From assembly GCA_965213675.1 (NCBI GenBank), contig OZ243916.1:1024001-1088000 (forward strand): DNA of 64,000 nt, written 5' to 3'. Within the stretch, counting starts at the first letter, position 1; every line of letters begins with the position of its first letter. Of this stretch, positions 1 to 9,771 are shown in pieces. The DNA comes from an uncultured Candidatus Binatia bacterium. Its GTDB lineage: Bacteria; Desulfobacterota; Binatia; UBA9968; JAJDTQ01. The translations under genes and the position numbers were made by a program. The notes beneath the pieces are model-generated. The model searched no databases. It saw nothing but the letters and a program-made list of their open reading frames with translations, and was not told where the DNA came from.

Positions 1-693
1 GATGTTCTTGACGACGCCTTCCAGGATCACGCCTTCGTCGAGGACCGCCAGGGTCTCCTTCTTGAGCACCTCGCGTTCCTGCTCCAGCAGCATTTTGCGT
101 GACACCACCACGTTGTCGCGCATGCGGTTGTACTTGAGAATCGTGAAGCGGTCCCGCTTGCCCACGAACTGGTCGAGGTTGCGCGTCGGGCGAATGTCCA
201 CATGCGAGCCCGGGAGGAAGCCGTCCACCCCCAGATCCACCTTGAAACCGCCCTTGACGCGCGCCACGATGGTGCCCTCGATGGGGACGGCCTGCTCGTA
301 GGCCTTCTCGATCCGATCCCAGACCTTGATGCTCTCGGCCTTCTGACGCGAGAGCACGATCTCGCCCCGGTCCCCTTCCGGGGACTCGAAAAACACGTCC
401 ACATCGTCCCCGACCGCCACCTGCAGGGCGCCCTCGCGATCCTGGAACTCCTGCACGGAGATCCGGCCCTCGGTCTTGTAGCCCACATCCACCACCACGT
501 GAGTGGGGTTGATGTCGACGATCTTGCCGCTCACCACCCCGCCCGGCTGCACCGCCTGGATGCTCTCCTCGAACAGCGACCGAAAGTCATCCTCCGCGGG
601 CATGGTCTCCTCGCCGTGCGACGACTCTTCGCTCGCAACAGCGTCCTGGTCCCGCGGAGTCTCCTCGTTCTTGTGCGCCTCGCCTTCCGTCAT
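1..693 (-). CDS. rpsA: 30S ribosomal protein S1 (5' part; runs off window edge)
   Basis: Manual translation from ATG at 693: ...VVSGKIVDINPTHVVVDVGYKTEG...GTIVARVKGGFKVDLGVDGFLPGSHVDIRP... gives S1 repeats; ATGA overlap with cmk stop. Confidence 0.95.
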   Translation of the reverse strand, partial: MTEGEAHKNEETPRDQDAVASEESSHGEETMPAEDDFRSLFEESIQAVQPGGVVSGKIVDINPTHVVVDVGYKTEGRISVQEFQDREGALQVAVGDDVDVFFESPEGDRGEIVLSRQKAESIKVWDRIEKAYEQAVPIEGTIVARVKGGFKVDLGVDGFLPGSHVDIRPTRNLDQFVGKRDRFTILKYNRMRDNVVVSRKMLLEQEREVLKKETLAVLDEGVILEGVVKNI

Positions 694-1373
694 GAAACAG
701 TTCTCCCATTCTCATTGGATTTCTTCCTGACTTCTTCCAGCACCCGCTGCACCACCGCCTCCACCGGCAACGATGTCGAATCGATAAGCACGGCGTCGTC
801 CGCCTGACGCAACGGCGCCACGGCGCGCTCCGTGTCGCGACGGTCACGGCGCATCACGTCCGCAAGCGTGTCTTCCAGCGTCAGTCCCGGACTCTCCCCG
901 ACCAGCTCCTTGTGGCGCCGGCGCGCTCGTGTTTCCGGGGACGCATCCAGGTAGACCTTGACCTCGGCCTCCGGAAAGACCACCGTGCCCATGTCGCGCC
1001 CCTCGGCGACCACGGAACCGCCCCGCCCCATGGCGCGCTGCAACTCGGCCATGCGCTTGCGCACCGCGGCCAGGCCGGAAACTCTGGATGCCGTCTGTCC
1101 GACCTCCGCGGTGCGGATGGCGCCGCTCACGTCCACGCCGTCGAGCGTCACTGACGGCGCGTCCGCATCCGCGCCCAGGTCCACCGTGGTGTTCTGAAGG
1201 ATCCTGCCCAGCGCCGTCTCGTCGCCGCAATCGACCCCGTGACCCATGACCTTCCAGGCCAGCGCCCGATACATCGCGCCCGTGTCCATATAGCGGTAAC
1301 CCAGACTCCTCGCCACGGCCTTCGCGACGGTGCTCTTGCCCGCGCCGGCCGGGCCGTCAATGGCGACGATCAA
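690..1373 (-). CDS. cmk: Cytidylate kinase
   Basis: IAIDGPAGAGKST-type P-loop, DTGAMYRA, EGRDMGTVVFP; cmk-rpsA synteny. Confidence 0.97.
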   Translation of the reverse strand: MIVAIDGPAGAGKSTVAKAVARSLGYRYMDTGAMYRALAWKVMGHGVDCGDETALGRILQNTTVDLGADADAPSVTLDGVDVSGAIRTAEVGQTASRVSGLAAVRKRMAELQRAMGRGGSVVAEGRDMGTVVFPEAEVKVYLDASPETRARRRHKELVGESPGLTLEDTLADVMRRDRRDTERAVAPLRQADDAVLIDSTSLPVEAVVQRVLEEVRKKSNENGRTVS

Positions 1374-1437
1374 CTATCCTAGCCTCCCTCGGCAGCAGGC
1401 ACAAACGATGCGCCGCCGCCCGAATCCCCATCCCCCG

Positions 1438-2715
1438 TCAACCACGAAGCTTGTCCAGACATTCGAAGAAGCCGGGAAAAGAGACCCTCACACAATCCTC
1501 TCCGGACAGAAGTATTCCGTCCGCGGCGGAAAGGCCCGCCACCGCCAGAGCCATGGCCACCCGATGGTCGCCGTGGCTCTCCACCGAAGCCCCTTCGAGG
1601 GAATCCCTCCCCTCCACGGCCACGTCATCGCCGCGCACCTCCATGCGCGCGCCCATCCTGGAAAGTTCGCGGGTCATGGTGGCGATGCGATCGGACTCCT
1701 TGAAACGCAGTTCGCCCACGTCGCGGAAGAGCGTCGATCCGTGGGCCAGGGCCGCGGCCACGAACAATACCGGGTACTCGTCAATGGTCCGGGGCGCAAG
1801 CTCGGGCGCCACCTCGGTACCCGTGAGACTCCCGCCGCGCACACGGATATCGGCTACCGGTTCACCGGCTTCCTCCCGCCGCGCCGTGAGCTCGATGTCC
1901 GCGCCCATGGCGCGCAGCACCTCGATGACGCCGCTGCGGGTAGCGTTGCAACCCACGCCGCGCACAGTCACGTCGGAATCCGGGATCGTAGCCGCGGCCA
2001 CCGCCAGGAACGCGGCCGACGAGATATCTCCAGGCACGGCGAGGCGCGTTCCCCGAAGCTCCTGCCCGCCCGGCGCCACCACCGCACCGCCGGCGCTCTC
2101 CACCCTGGCGCCGAACCCCCGCAGCATGATCTCCGTGTGATCGCGTGAGCGGTACGGCTCCTCCACGCGCGTCTGGCCACGGGCCTGCAGGCCCGCCAGC
2201 AGCACCGCCGACTTCACCTGGGCGCTGGCCACGGGCGACGCGTAGTCGATGCCCTGGAGCGCGCCGCCTTCGATCTCCAGCGGCGCGCGCCCCTCGCGGT
2301 GCGTGATCCGCGCTCCCATGCGTGCAAGGGGCTCGATCACCCGCTTCATCGGGCGGGTGCGCAACGAGTCGTCCCCGTCCAGGGCGGCCCGGAAAGGCCG
2401 GCCCGCCAGCACCCCCGACAACAGGCGCATGGTGGTGCCGGAATTGCCGCAATCGACGGTTTCCCGCGGCGCCCGCAGCCCGTCCCAACCCCGGCCCTCG
2501 ATGCACAGCGCATCGTCCTCGCGCCGGAACGCCAGGCCCATGCGACGGAACGCCGCCACAGTGCTGGAATTGTCGGCGCCGGCGGACAGGTTGTAGATAC
2601 GTGTCTCACCCCGCGCCAACGCGCCCAGGATCACCGCGCGGTGTCCGATGGACTTGTCACCCGGCACTTCCAGTTCGCCCCGCAAGGGCCGCGAAGCCTG
2701 TTCCACCCGAACCAT
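1438..2715 (-). CDS. aroA: 3-phosphoshikimate 1-carboxyvinyltransferase (EPSP synthase)
   Basis: PGDKSIGHR, GNSGTTMRL, ASAQVKSA, KESDRI, GDHRVAMA; start taken at MVRVEQ (2715). Confidence 0.96.
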   Translation of the reverse strand: MVRVEQASRPLRGELEVPGDKSIGHRAVILGALARGETRIYNLSAGADNSSTVAAFRRMGLAFRREDDALCIEGRGWDGLRAPRETVDCGNSGTTMRLLSGVLAGRPFRAALDGDDSLRTRPMKRVIEPLARMGARITHREGRAPLEIEGGALQGIDYASPVASAQVKSAVLLAGLQARGQTRVEEPYRSRDHTEIMLRGFGARVESAGGAVVAPGGQELRGTRLAVPGDISSAAFLAVAAATIPDSDVTVRGVGCNATRSGVIEVLRAMGADIELTARREEAGEPVADIRVRGGSLTGTEVAPELAPRTIDEYPVLFVAAALAHGSTLFRDVGELRFKESDRIATMTRELSRMGARMEVRGDDVAVEGRDSLEGASVESHGDHRVAMALAVAGLSAADGILLSGEDCVRVSFPGFFECLDKLRG

Positions 2716-2717
2716 GC

Positions 2718-3572
2718 CTATGCCATCCTCTTGCGCGTCTCCAGCGCCCGTTCGAGTTCCCGTTCGAGCCGCGGCCCGTCGTTGCGTTCGATGTTGTCGG
2801 CGAAGCGTTCGATGGCGCGCGCGTATTCCCGAAGTCCCTTCAGAACCGCCTCCCGGTTGAGCAGGCAGATGTCGCGCCACAATTCCGGACGCCCCGCGGC
2901 GATGCGCGTAGTGTCCTTGAACCCGGTGCCGCAATATTCCGCGAGGTCCAGCGACCCGATCCGCGTGCGATCCAGGACGTTCACCAAGGCCGAAGCGGCG
3001 ACATGGGGCAGATGGCTCACCACGCCCAGGATCCGGTCGTGACGCGCAGCGTCCATGGACTCCACCTTCGAGCCGACCGCGCGCCAGAACGCCCGCAGTT
3101 TCCTGACCGCGGCAGCGTCGCTCTTCGGAGTCGGCGTGATGATGCAACGGCGCCGGACGAAAAGATCGGCCCTGGCCGCGTCCGGACCCCACTGATCGCT
3201 GCCCGCGATGGGATGCGCGCCCACGAAAGGCGGCCCGCCCTTCAGCAAGCGTTCCATGTCCGCCACCACCCGGCGCTTGACGCTGCCGACATCGCTGATG
3301 AGACAGCCGGGGTCGAGCCGGGGTAGGAACGACCGGGTCAAAGGCGCGATGGCGCTCACCGGCGTGGCCAACATCAGAAAGTCGGCGTCCTCCGGGAACT
3401 CCCCGGCCTCGAGAAACCAGGAGTCGAGAATGCCTATTTTTCTGGCGCGGCGCAGGGTCTTCTCGTTGCGGCCGTAGCCCACGACGCGCTGCACCAGCCC
3501 GCGCTCCCGCGCGGCCAGCGCCAGCGAGCCGCCGATCAGCCCCACTCCCGCGATCACCAGGGTGCGGAACAT
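2718..3572 (-). CDS. tyrA: Prephenate/arogenate dehydrogenase
   Basis: GVGLIGGS Rossmann motif, DVGSVK, GAHPIAG, SHLPH, GFKDTTRIA. Confidence 0.93.
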   Translation of the reverse strand: MFRTLVIAGVGLIGGSLALAARERGLVQRVVGYGRNEKTLRRARKIGILDSWFLEAGEFPEDADFLMLATPVSAIAPLTRSFLPRLDPGCLISDVGSVKRRVVADMERLLKGGPPFVGAHPIAGSDQWGPDAARADLFVRRRCIITPTPKSDAAAVRKLRAFWRAVGSKVESMDAARHDRILGVVSHLPHVAASALVNVLDRTRIGSLDLAEYCGTGFKDTTRIAAGRPELWRDICLLNREAVLKGLREYARAIERFADNIERNDGPRLERELERALETRKRMA

Positions 3573-4678
3573 CAGGCGGCGTCTCCATTCTCCGCCCGAA
3601 CCTGCGACAGGGCGCCGAGGAATCGCCGGTTCTCGTCCGCGGTCCCCACCGTCACGCGCACATGCTCCGGAAACTCGGGACCCACGGGGCGCACGATCAC
3701 GCCGCGCCGCAGAAGCCCCTCGTACACCCGCGCCGGGTCGCCGGTGCGCACCAGGATGAAGTTGGCCTGACTCGGCACCCACTCCACCCCGCGGGAGGTC
3801 AGCTCGTCGGTCAGATACGCCAGCCCCTGGCGGTTGACCTCCAGGCTGCGGCGCAGGTGCGCGGCGTCGTCCAGCGCCGCGGTGGCCGCCCACTGCGCCG
3901 CGGCATTGACGTTGAAGGGTTCCCGCACCTGGTTCATGACGGCAACGATATCCGGGCGGGCGATGCCGTAGCCAACCCGCAAACCCGCCAGCCCGTAGGC
4001 CTTGGAGAAAGTCCGCAGGCTCAGAAGCGAGCGATCCTCCCGGTGATACCGCAACGAGTCCGGATAATCCGGGTCGTCCACGTACTCGAAATAGGCCTCG
4101 TCCGCCACCACCAGCACGTCGGGTCCCACATGTTCGAGAAAGTCTTCCCACTCGGGACGCCGGTAGATGGTGCCCGTGGGGTTGTTGGGGTTGGCCAAAA
4201 AGACGCAGCGCGTATCGGGCGTCAGCGCCTGGGCCATGCTCTCCAGGTCGTAGCCGTAGTCCTTGAGCGGCACCGTGCGCACGTCCGCGCCCATGGCGGC
4301 AAGCGCGAGGCCGTAAGCCACGAAGCTGCCGCGGGACATCAGCGCCTGGTCGCCCGGTCGCAGGAACGTCCGCACCGCGAGATCGATCAGTTCGTTGGAG
4401 CCGTTGCCGAAGACCAACCGCTCCGGGGCCACGTCCAGCCTGGCCGCCAACGCTTGACGCAGGTGGTAACAGTCACCGTCGGGATAGAGATGCAGTTCGT
4501 CCAGGTGTGCCCGCAAGGCGGCCAAAGCCTTGGGCGACGGACCCAGGGGGTTCTCGTTGGAGGCGAGCTTGGCCGAGCCCTGGATGCCGTATTCCCGCTC
4601 CACCTCGTCGATGGGCTTGCCGGGCACGTAGGGCACGATACGCCGGATGTATTCCGGAACCTTGTCGGTGATGCTCAT
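3572..4678 (-). CDS. hisC: Histidinol-phosphate aminotransferase
   Basis: KLASNENPLG, GNGSNE, NPNNPTG, DEAY, RTFSKAYGLAGLRVGY. Confidence 0.95.
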   Translation of the reverse strand: MSITDKVPEYIRRIVPYVPGKPIDEVEREYGIQGSAKLASNENPLGPSPKALAALRAHLDELHLYPDGDCYHLRQALAARLDVAPERLVFGNGSNELIDLAVRTFLRPGDQALMSRGSFVAYGLALAAMGADVRTVPLKDYGYDLESMAQALTPDTRCVFLANPNNPTGTIYRRPEWEDFLEHVGPDVLVVADEAYFEYVDDPDYPDSLRYHREDRSLLSLRTFSKAYGLAGLRVGYGIARPDIVAVMNQVREPFNVNAAAQWAATAALDDAAHLRRSLEVNRQGLAYLTDELTSRGVEWVPSQANFILVRTGDPARVYEGLLRRGVIVRPVGPEFPEHVRVTVGTADENRRFLGALSQVRAENGDAA

Positions 4679-5751
4679 AGGCTCTGTGGATACGATCCGA
4701 GGACCTTCAGAAACACACAATTCTGTCCGAGCTGCTCCAGCGCCTTCTCGATGTGCGGCTCCTGCCGGTGACCCTTGAAGTCGATGAAGAAGACGTATTC
4801 CCAAGCCTTCTGGCGCGACGGCCGGGACTCGATCTTGGTGAGGTTGATGCCGTGACCGGCGAACGGCGCCAGCATGTCGTGCAGCACGCCCACGCGGTCC
4901 TTGGCCGCGAAGACGACGCTGGTCTTGTCCTCCCCCGTGGGCAGGGGCGGGTTGTCTCCGATGACATAGAAGCGGGTGACGTTGTCGCGGTTGTCGGCGA
5001 TGTTGGCCTGGACGATCTTGAGCCCGTAGACGTCGCCCGCCAGACGGCTGGCCACCGCCGCCACCTGCCGGTCCGCCCGCGCCTCCCGGGCCGCCTGGGC
5101 CGTGCTCGCCACTGCCTCCACCGAGGCGTCCGCGTGGTGCGCTCCCAACCAGCGGCGGCACTGCCCCAAGGCGTGGGAGTGGGACAGCACCCGGCGTACG
5201 TCGGCGGCCCGTCCCGAGCGGGACAGGAGGCACAACTCGATGTCGACGCTCACCTCGCCGCAGATCTGCACGTCGGATTCCTGAAGCAGATCCAGGGTGT
5301 GGGTCACCACTCCTTCGGTGGAGTTTTCGACGGGCACCACGCCGTAGTCGGCGTTGCCGGCGCTCACCTCGCGGAAGACGTCGGCGATGGCCGGTTCGGG
5401 CACGTATCGCACGGTGCTGCCAAAGTGGCGTTGCGCCGCCATGTGGGTGAAGGTCGCTTCGGGACCGAAGAACGCCACCTTCATGCGCGCTTCGATGCCG
5501 CGGCAGGCGGACAGCACCTCGCGGAACACGGCGCGCACGGACGCGGCGGGCAATGGCCCGGCGTTGGCTTCATTGACCCGCCGGTACACCTCGCGCTCGC
5601 GGCTGGCCACGTACACGGGTCTTCCAGTGAGACTCTTTTGCTGCCCGACCTTCAGGGCAAGCGATGCTCTCTCGTTGAGAAGCGCTAGGATCCTGGAATC
5701 AAGTCGGTCGATCTTTTTCCGGAGGGCATCCAACGATTCTCGGCGACTCAA
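4675..5751 (-). CDS. pheA: Chorismate mutase/prephenate dehydratase (P-protein)
   Basis: N-terminal LRKKIDRLD chorismate mutase domain, PVENSTEG, NVTRF, NLTKIESRP ACT domain. Confidence 0.96.
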   Translation of the reverse strand: MSRRESLDALRKKIDRLDSRILALLNERASLALKVGQQKSLTGRPVYVASREREVYRRVNEANAGPLPAASVRAVFREVLSACRGIEARMKVAFFGPEATFTHMAAQRHFGSTVRYVPEPAIADVFREVSAGNADYGVVPVENSTEGVVTHTLDLLQESDVQICGEVSVDIELCLLSRSGRAADVRRVLSHSHALGQCRRWLGAHHADASVEAVASTAQAAREARADRQVAAVASRLAGDVYGLKIVQANIADNRDNVTRFYVIGDNPPLPTGEDKTSVVFAAKDRVGVLHDMLAPFAGHGINLTKIESRPSRQKAWEYVFFIDFKGHRQEPHIEKALEQLGQNCVFLKVLGSYPQSL

Positions 5752-5962
5752 TGAAAACCTCGGGGGGAAGGATTCGGGACGGAAACCGCTACGTTAGCCC
5801 AACAGCCGGGCAATTGCAAATCCGCGGTGAGTTCGGGCTTCGCGTTGAGTTTGCCCGATCACCGTGCCAAACGCCTCCACCGACTTCAGGGTCGCGTCCC
5901 GCCGGAAAACCCCTGTTCGTCGATGCCAAGCGGCGCTCATGCTACCGTTGTGGCAAGCGTCC

Positions 5963-6838
5963 ATGCAACGACAGACCCAAGCCTACGTCTACGCCGGCGC
6001 CACGGTACTTTGCTGGTCCACCGTGGCGACCGCGTTCAAACTCTCCCTGCGCCACGTCGGCGCCGACGCGCTGGTGTTCTACGCATCCCTGGTCTCCACC
6101 GCGGTGCTGCTGTGCATCACCCTCGCCACCGGGCGGCTCAAACAACTCCGGGAGTGGCGCTCACGCGATCTGCGCACTTCCCTGGTTCTGGGTTTTCTGA
6201 ATCCCTTCCTCTACTACGTCGTGCTGCTTCGCGCGTACGACGTTCTGCCGGCCCAAGAGGCGCTAACGCTGAATTTCACCTGGCCCATGGTGCTGGCGCT
6301 GTTTTCCATCCTTCTGCTGGATCAGCCCATCAGCCTTCGCGCGATACTGGCCATGGGCATCAGCTTCTCCGGCGTGGCCGTCATCGCCACCCGCGGCGAC
6401 CTGCTCAGCCTCGACCCCGCCAACCCGCGGGGCGTGGCGCTGGCCCTCGGCAGCACGTTGATCTGGACGCTTTACTGGATCTACGGGGTCAAGGACCGGC
6501 GCGATCCGGTCACGCGCCTGCTGGTGAACTTCGTGTTCGGATGCGGTTTCTCGGGGGGGTTCCTTTGGCTTTCGGGAGGCATGGAGATACCCGCGCCCCT
6601 GGGCCTCGCCGGCGCGGCCTACGTCGGCACGTTCGAGATGGGCATCGCCTTCGTCACCTGGCTTCAGGCCCTGAAGCTCTCACGCACCACGGCTCAGGTG
6701 GGCCAATGGATCTACCTGACCCCGTTCCTCTCGCTGCTGGTGATCGCGCTCATCGTGGGAGAACCCATCTACCCGAGCACGCTGGCAGGCCTGGCCCTGA
6801 TTATCGGTGGGATGGTATTGCAGCGCCGGAGCGGTTGA
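5963..6838 (+). CDS. DMT/EamA family transporter
   Basis: About 10 hydrophobic helices in two EamA-like repeats; start MQRQTQ chosen (ORF open from 5864). Confidence 0.85.
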   Translation: MQRQTQAYVYAGATVLCWSTVATAFKLSLRHVGADALVFYASLVSTAVLLCITLATGRLKQLREWRSRDLRTSLVLGFLNPFLYYVVLLRAYDVLPAQEALTLNFTWPMVLALFSILLLDQPISLRAILAMGISFSGVAVIATRGDLLSLDPANPRGVALALGSTLIWTLYWIYGVKDRRDPVTRLLVNFVFGCGFSGGFLWLSGGMEIPAPLGLAGAAYVGTFEMGIAFVTWLQALKLSRTTAQVGQWIYLTPFLSLLVIALIVGEPIYPSTLAGLALIIGGMVLQRRSG

Positions 6839-6981
6839 ACAGCCAGGCACAGCGGGCGGACGGCCGGTGGTGAGTTCCCGGAACGCACCGAAGCGCCCGC
6901 GGGCCACCCGGCACCCCCGGAACCAACCGCCGCGGGTCCACGTCCGCATATTCCGGCTCCAGAGAGCCTGTCCGATCAGGT

Positions 6982-7980
6982 TCAGTGCCCGTGTCCCACT
7001 TCTCCGAAGGGCAGTTCGGTTCCCAAACCCTTCTCCCGCGCCAACCCGTGGATCCAGCTCGCCACACCGACGTCCAGGATGCCCATGCCCGGAGACTCGT
7101 AAAGGATGATCTCCTCGTCGCTCCGGCGCCCCGGCTCCGAGCCGGCCACCACATCGCAAAACTCCGCGGCCACGTCGTCCCTGGAGAACTTCCCGCTGGC
7201 CAGCAGCGACGGAAATGGCTTGCGCGGGGGGCTGTCGCCCAGCACCTGTTCCGTGCCGGAGAGGAACACCCGCGACCCTTCCACCGTGGCCTCGTCGAAC
7301 TCGCCGGGCGCCAGCGACATGACCAGGGCGCCGGGTTCGAGCCAGCTTCCCTCGAACACGATGGTGTTGCCCGAGGTGGCCAGTAACATGATGTCGGTGT
7401 GGCGCACGGCCTCTCGCCCCGAATCCACCGCCACCACCTCGATGCCCAGGGCCGCCGTCATCTCCTCACAAAAGCGGCGCCGGTTGTCGGCGCTCCGGCT
7501 ATAGGCCTTGATGCGGCGGATGTCGCGTACCGAACAACACGCCTGCACGAAGCCCTTGGCGTACCGACCCGTGCCAATGACCCCGATGGTCTGCGCATCC
7601 GCCCGCGCCAGATACTTTGCCGCCACGCCATAGGGAGACGCGGTGCGGATGGCGTGCAGGTGGTAGTCGGAGATGATCGCCACCATCTCCATGTCCTTCC
7701 AGTCGAACAGGCAGATGACCTCGGAGCGGTTCGTACCCTGGTATCCAGAGTAGACCCGCACGGCCGCGTAGCCCAGCTCCGGCGCCATCCCCGGCAGGAT
7801 GCGGATGTTGTGCCACAGGTGTCCCGGGTGGTCCGGGTGCTCCATGGTCAGCCGTTTGAGATGGAACGTGCTGCCCGCGGACTGCTGGCGCAGCACCTCC
7901 TCGATGACCGCCACCGCCTCGCCAAAGGCGTTGCGTCCCTCAATGGCCTTGAGTACGTCTTGTTCGGTGATGAACAGCAT
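6982..7980 (-). CDS. Ornithine cyclodeaminase/mu-crystallin family protein
   Basis: AIRTAS, IGTGRYA nucleotide-binding motif, YESPGMGILD C-terminal motif. Confidence 0.85.
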   Translation of the reverse strand: MLFITEQDVLKAIEGRNAFGEAVAVIEEVLRQQSAGSTFHLKRLTMEHPDHPGHLWHNIRILPGMAPELGYAAVRVYSGYQGTNRSEVICLFDWKDMEMVAIISDYHLHAIRTASPYGVAAKYLARADAQTIGVIGTGRYAKGFVQACCSVRDIRRIKAYSRSADNRRRFCEEMTAALGIEVVAVDSGREAVRHTDIMLLATSGNTIVFEGSWLEPGALVMSLAPGEFDEATVEGSRVFLSGTEQVLGDSPPRKPFPSLLASGKFSRDDVAAEFCDVVAGSEPGRRSDEEIILYESPGMGILDVGVASWIHGLAREKGLGTELPFGEVGHGH

Positions 7981-8212
7981 GGTTGCGCGGTTTCCTTGCC
8001 TGCTACCTCTTCTTGCGCATCGCCTCGCGCACCAGTCGGGAATACTCTGCAACTACCAGAGGCAGTTGCCGGTGTACCGCAAGCTCACGCATTGGCTCAA
8101 GGATGGTCGGTTTTCGGCCAGGGAACGTCGCCCGCGGGGCTCGCGCACGGCCTCCCTGAGCTCGGCATCGCTTGAGTTCCGTCGCGTCAAGGGTTTGGAA
8201 CGTCACTGTCCG

Positions 8213-9580
8213 TCAAGCCATCAACCGGCCCATGAGTCGTCGCGCCCGCTCCACGGCGCCCGGTTCGATGGAAAGCGTCGAGGCGAACCCGCCCAAGGGC
8301 TTGGTGGCGTCGATGCCCATCTTGGCGGTGATGGCGTCGGTGGCGGAAGGGTCCAGCAAGGTGCCCATGGCTTCGTCGACGATGAACACGTCCCGGTTGG
8401 CCTGCATGCGGGTGGCGATGGCCCAGAGCACCTGCTGTTCGTCGAAGACATCCACGTCGTCGTCCACGACCACCACCAGTTTGACGTAGTGGTCGGCGCC
8501 CATCACGCTGAAAATGGCCTGTTTGCCCTGTCCTTCCGCGGTCTTGCGGAGGGACACGTAGCAATGGAAGCTGCCGATGCCCGAGCGCACCGGCACATGC
8601 ACGGCCTTGAGGTTGGGAATGGTCTTTCCCAGCACGTTGGTGAACTCCACCTCCCGCGGCATGGACAGGCAGCGGCAGTGCTCCATGCTGTCGCCACCAT
8701 TGATGTCCTGGTAGACCGCGCCGTTGCGGTAGTGCAGCGCCGTGGCCTCGAACACGTTCTCGGTGCTGCGGTTCGAGGCGTATCCGGTGAATTCGCCGAA
8801 CGGCCCCTCCTTCTCGCGCACGCCGGCCAGAATCCGCCCCTCGATGACGATCTCCGACCAGCGGGGCACGTTCACGTCCACGGTCTCGCAGGGGCCCAGT
8901 TCCAGCGGTTCCCTCAGCAGTCCGCCTTGCAGCGCAAATTTCTCCACGCCCGCCGGCGGCAGCGTCAACGCCCCCAGGGAGACCAGCGGATGCACGCCGA
9001 TGCACACCGCCGCTTCCAGTGACTCGCCCCTTTCCTCGGCGCGGCGGAAGTACTCGAACATGCGCCGCCGGGAATGAAGGCTGACGCCCAGCCGGCGCGG
9101 CCCCTTGAGCTGCATGCGGTGAAACCCGACGGTGCTCATGCCCGACTCGGGGTCCCGCGCCACCACCAGCCCGGCGGTAACGTAGGGGCCGCCGTCCTGT
9201 TCGAAATGGGTCAGGATGGGGAGTTGGCGCAGATCCACGGCGTCGTTCAGCACGCTGTTGTCCTGGTACGGCGCGTCCGTCAGGACCGTGGGCGCCACGG
9301 GGCGCTGGATGCGCTCCTTGAACTCATGCACCAGCCCTTCCTCGGAGGCGCCGAAGGCCCATGCCAGGCGCGGCCGGTGCGCCAGCACGTTGGCCGCCAT
9401 GGGGAAGGCACTGCCGGCGATATTGCGGAACATCACCGCCGGGCAGGACGGCAGGCGCTCCGCTTCCATGACCAGCGCGGTGGCTTCGAACTCCCGCGAT
9501 ACCGGCTCGCTGACATCCAGGAACTGCTCGGGACACTCGTCCCGCAACCGCTTCAGAAAACTCTGCAAGTCCTGTGACAC
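8213..9580 (-). CDS. UbiD family (prFMN-dependent) decarboxylase
   Basis: DGGPYVTAG, EIVIEG, EGPFGEFTGY, VVVVDDDVD, LDPS...KMGIDATKP. Confidence 0.93.
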   Translation of the reverse strand: MSQDLQSFLKRLRDECPEQFLDVSEPVSREFEATALVMEAERLPSCPAVMFRNIAGSAFPMAANVLAHRPRLAWAFGASEEGLVHEFKERIQRPVAPTVLTDAPYQDNSVLNDAVDLRQLPILTHFEQDGGPYVTAGLVVARDPESGMSTVGFHRMQLKGPRRLGVSLHSRRRMFEYFRRAEERGESLEAAVCIGVHPLVSLGALTLPPAGVEKFALQGGLLREPLELGPCETVDVNVPRWSEIVIEGRILAGVREKEGPFGEFTGYASNRSTENVFEATALHYRNGAVYQDINGGDSMEHCRCLSMPREVEFTNVLGKTIPNLKAVHVPVRSGIGSFHCYVSLRKTAEGQGKQAIFSVMGADHYVKLVVVVDDDVDVFDEQQVLWAIATRMQANRDVFIVDEAMGTLLDPSATDAITAKMGIDATKPLGGFASTLSIEPGAVERARRLMGRLMA

Positions 9581-9676
9581 TGACCTCTCCTTGCCGTCAG
9601 TACGGCTTCGTCTTCTCCGCCAAAATAGTCACGTCAAGACTCACGTCCACACGAAACAGCACCGACACCGAAGACC

Positions 9677-9727
9677 GTCATTCCCGCGAAAGCTTGCCCT
9701 CGACCCCGATCGGGGGCGGGAATCCAG
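9677..9727. repeat. dRS3/RPE-like palindromic repeat, long form
   Basis: GTCATTCCCGCGAAAGC-TTGCCCTCGACCCCGATCGGGG-GCGGGAATCCAG; recurs at 43290 and, inverted, at 56580. Confidence 0.85.
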
Positions 9728-9771
9728 GGGGCGGGAAGAGGCGAATTCTCGTCCCACACGTCCAGCGGGAG

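Noticed and set aside
1438-5233. Long N-terminal extensions or fusions of aroA (716 aa), tyrA (477 aa) and hisC (553 aa) in the ORF track
   Set aside because: The extensions overlap upstream genes in other frames; the true starts are coupled to upstream stop codons
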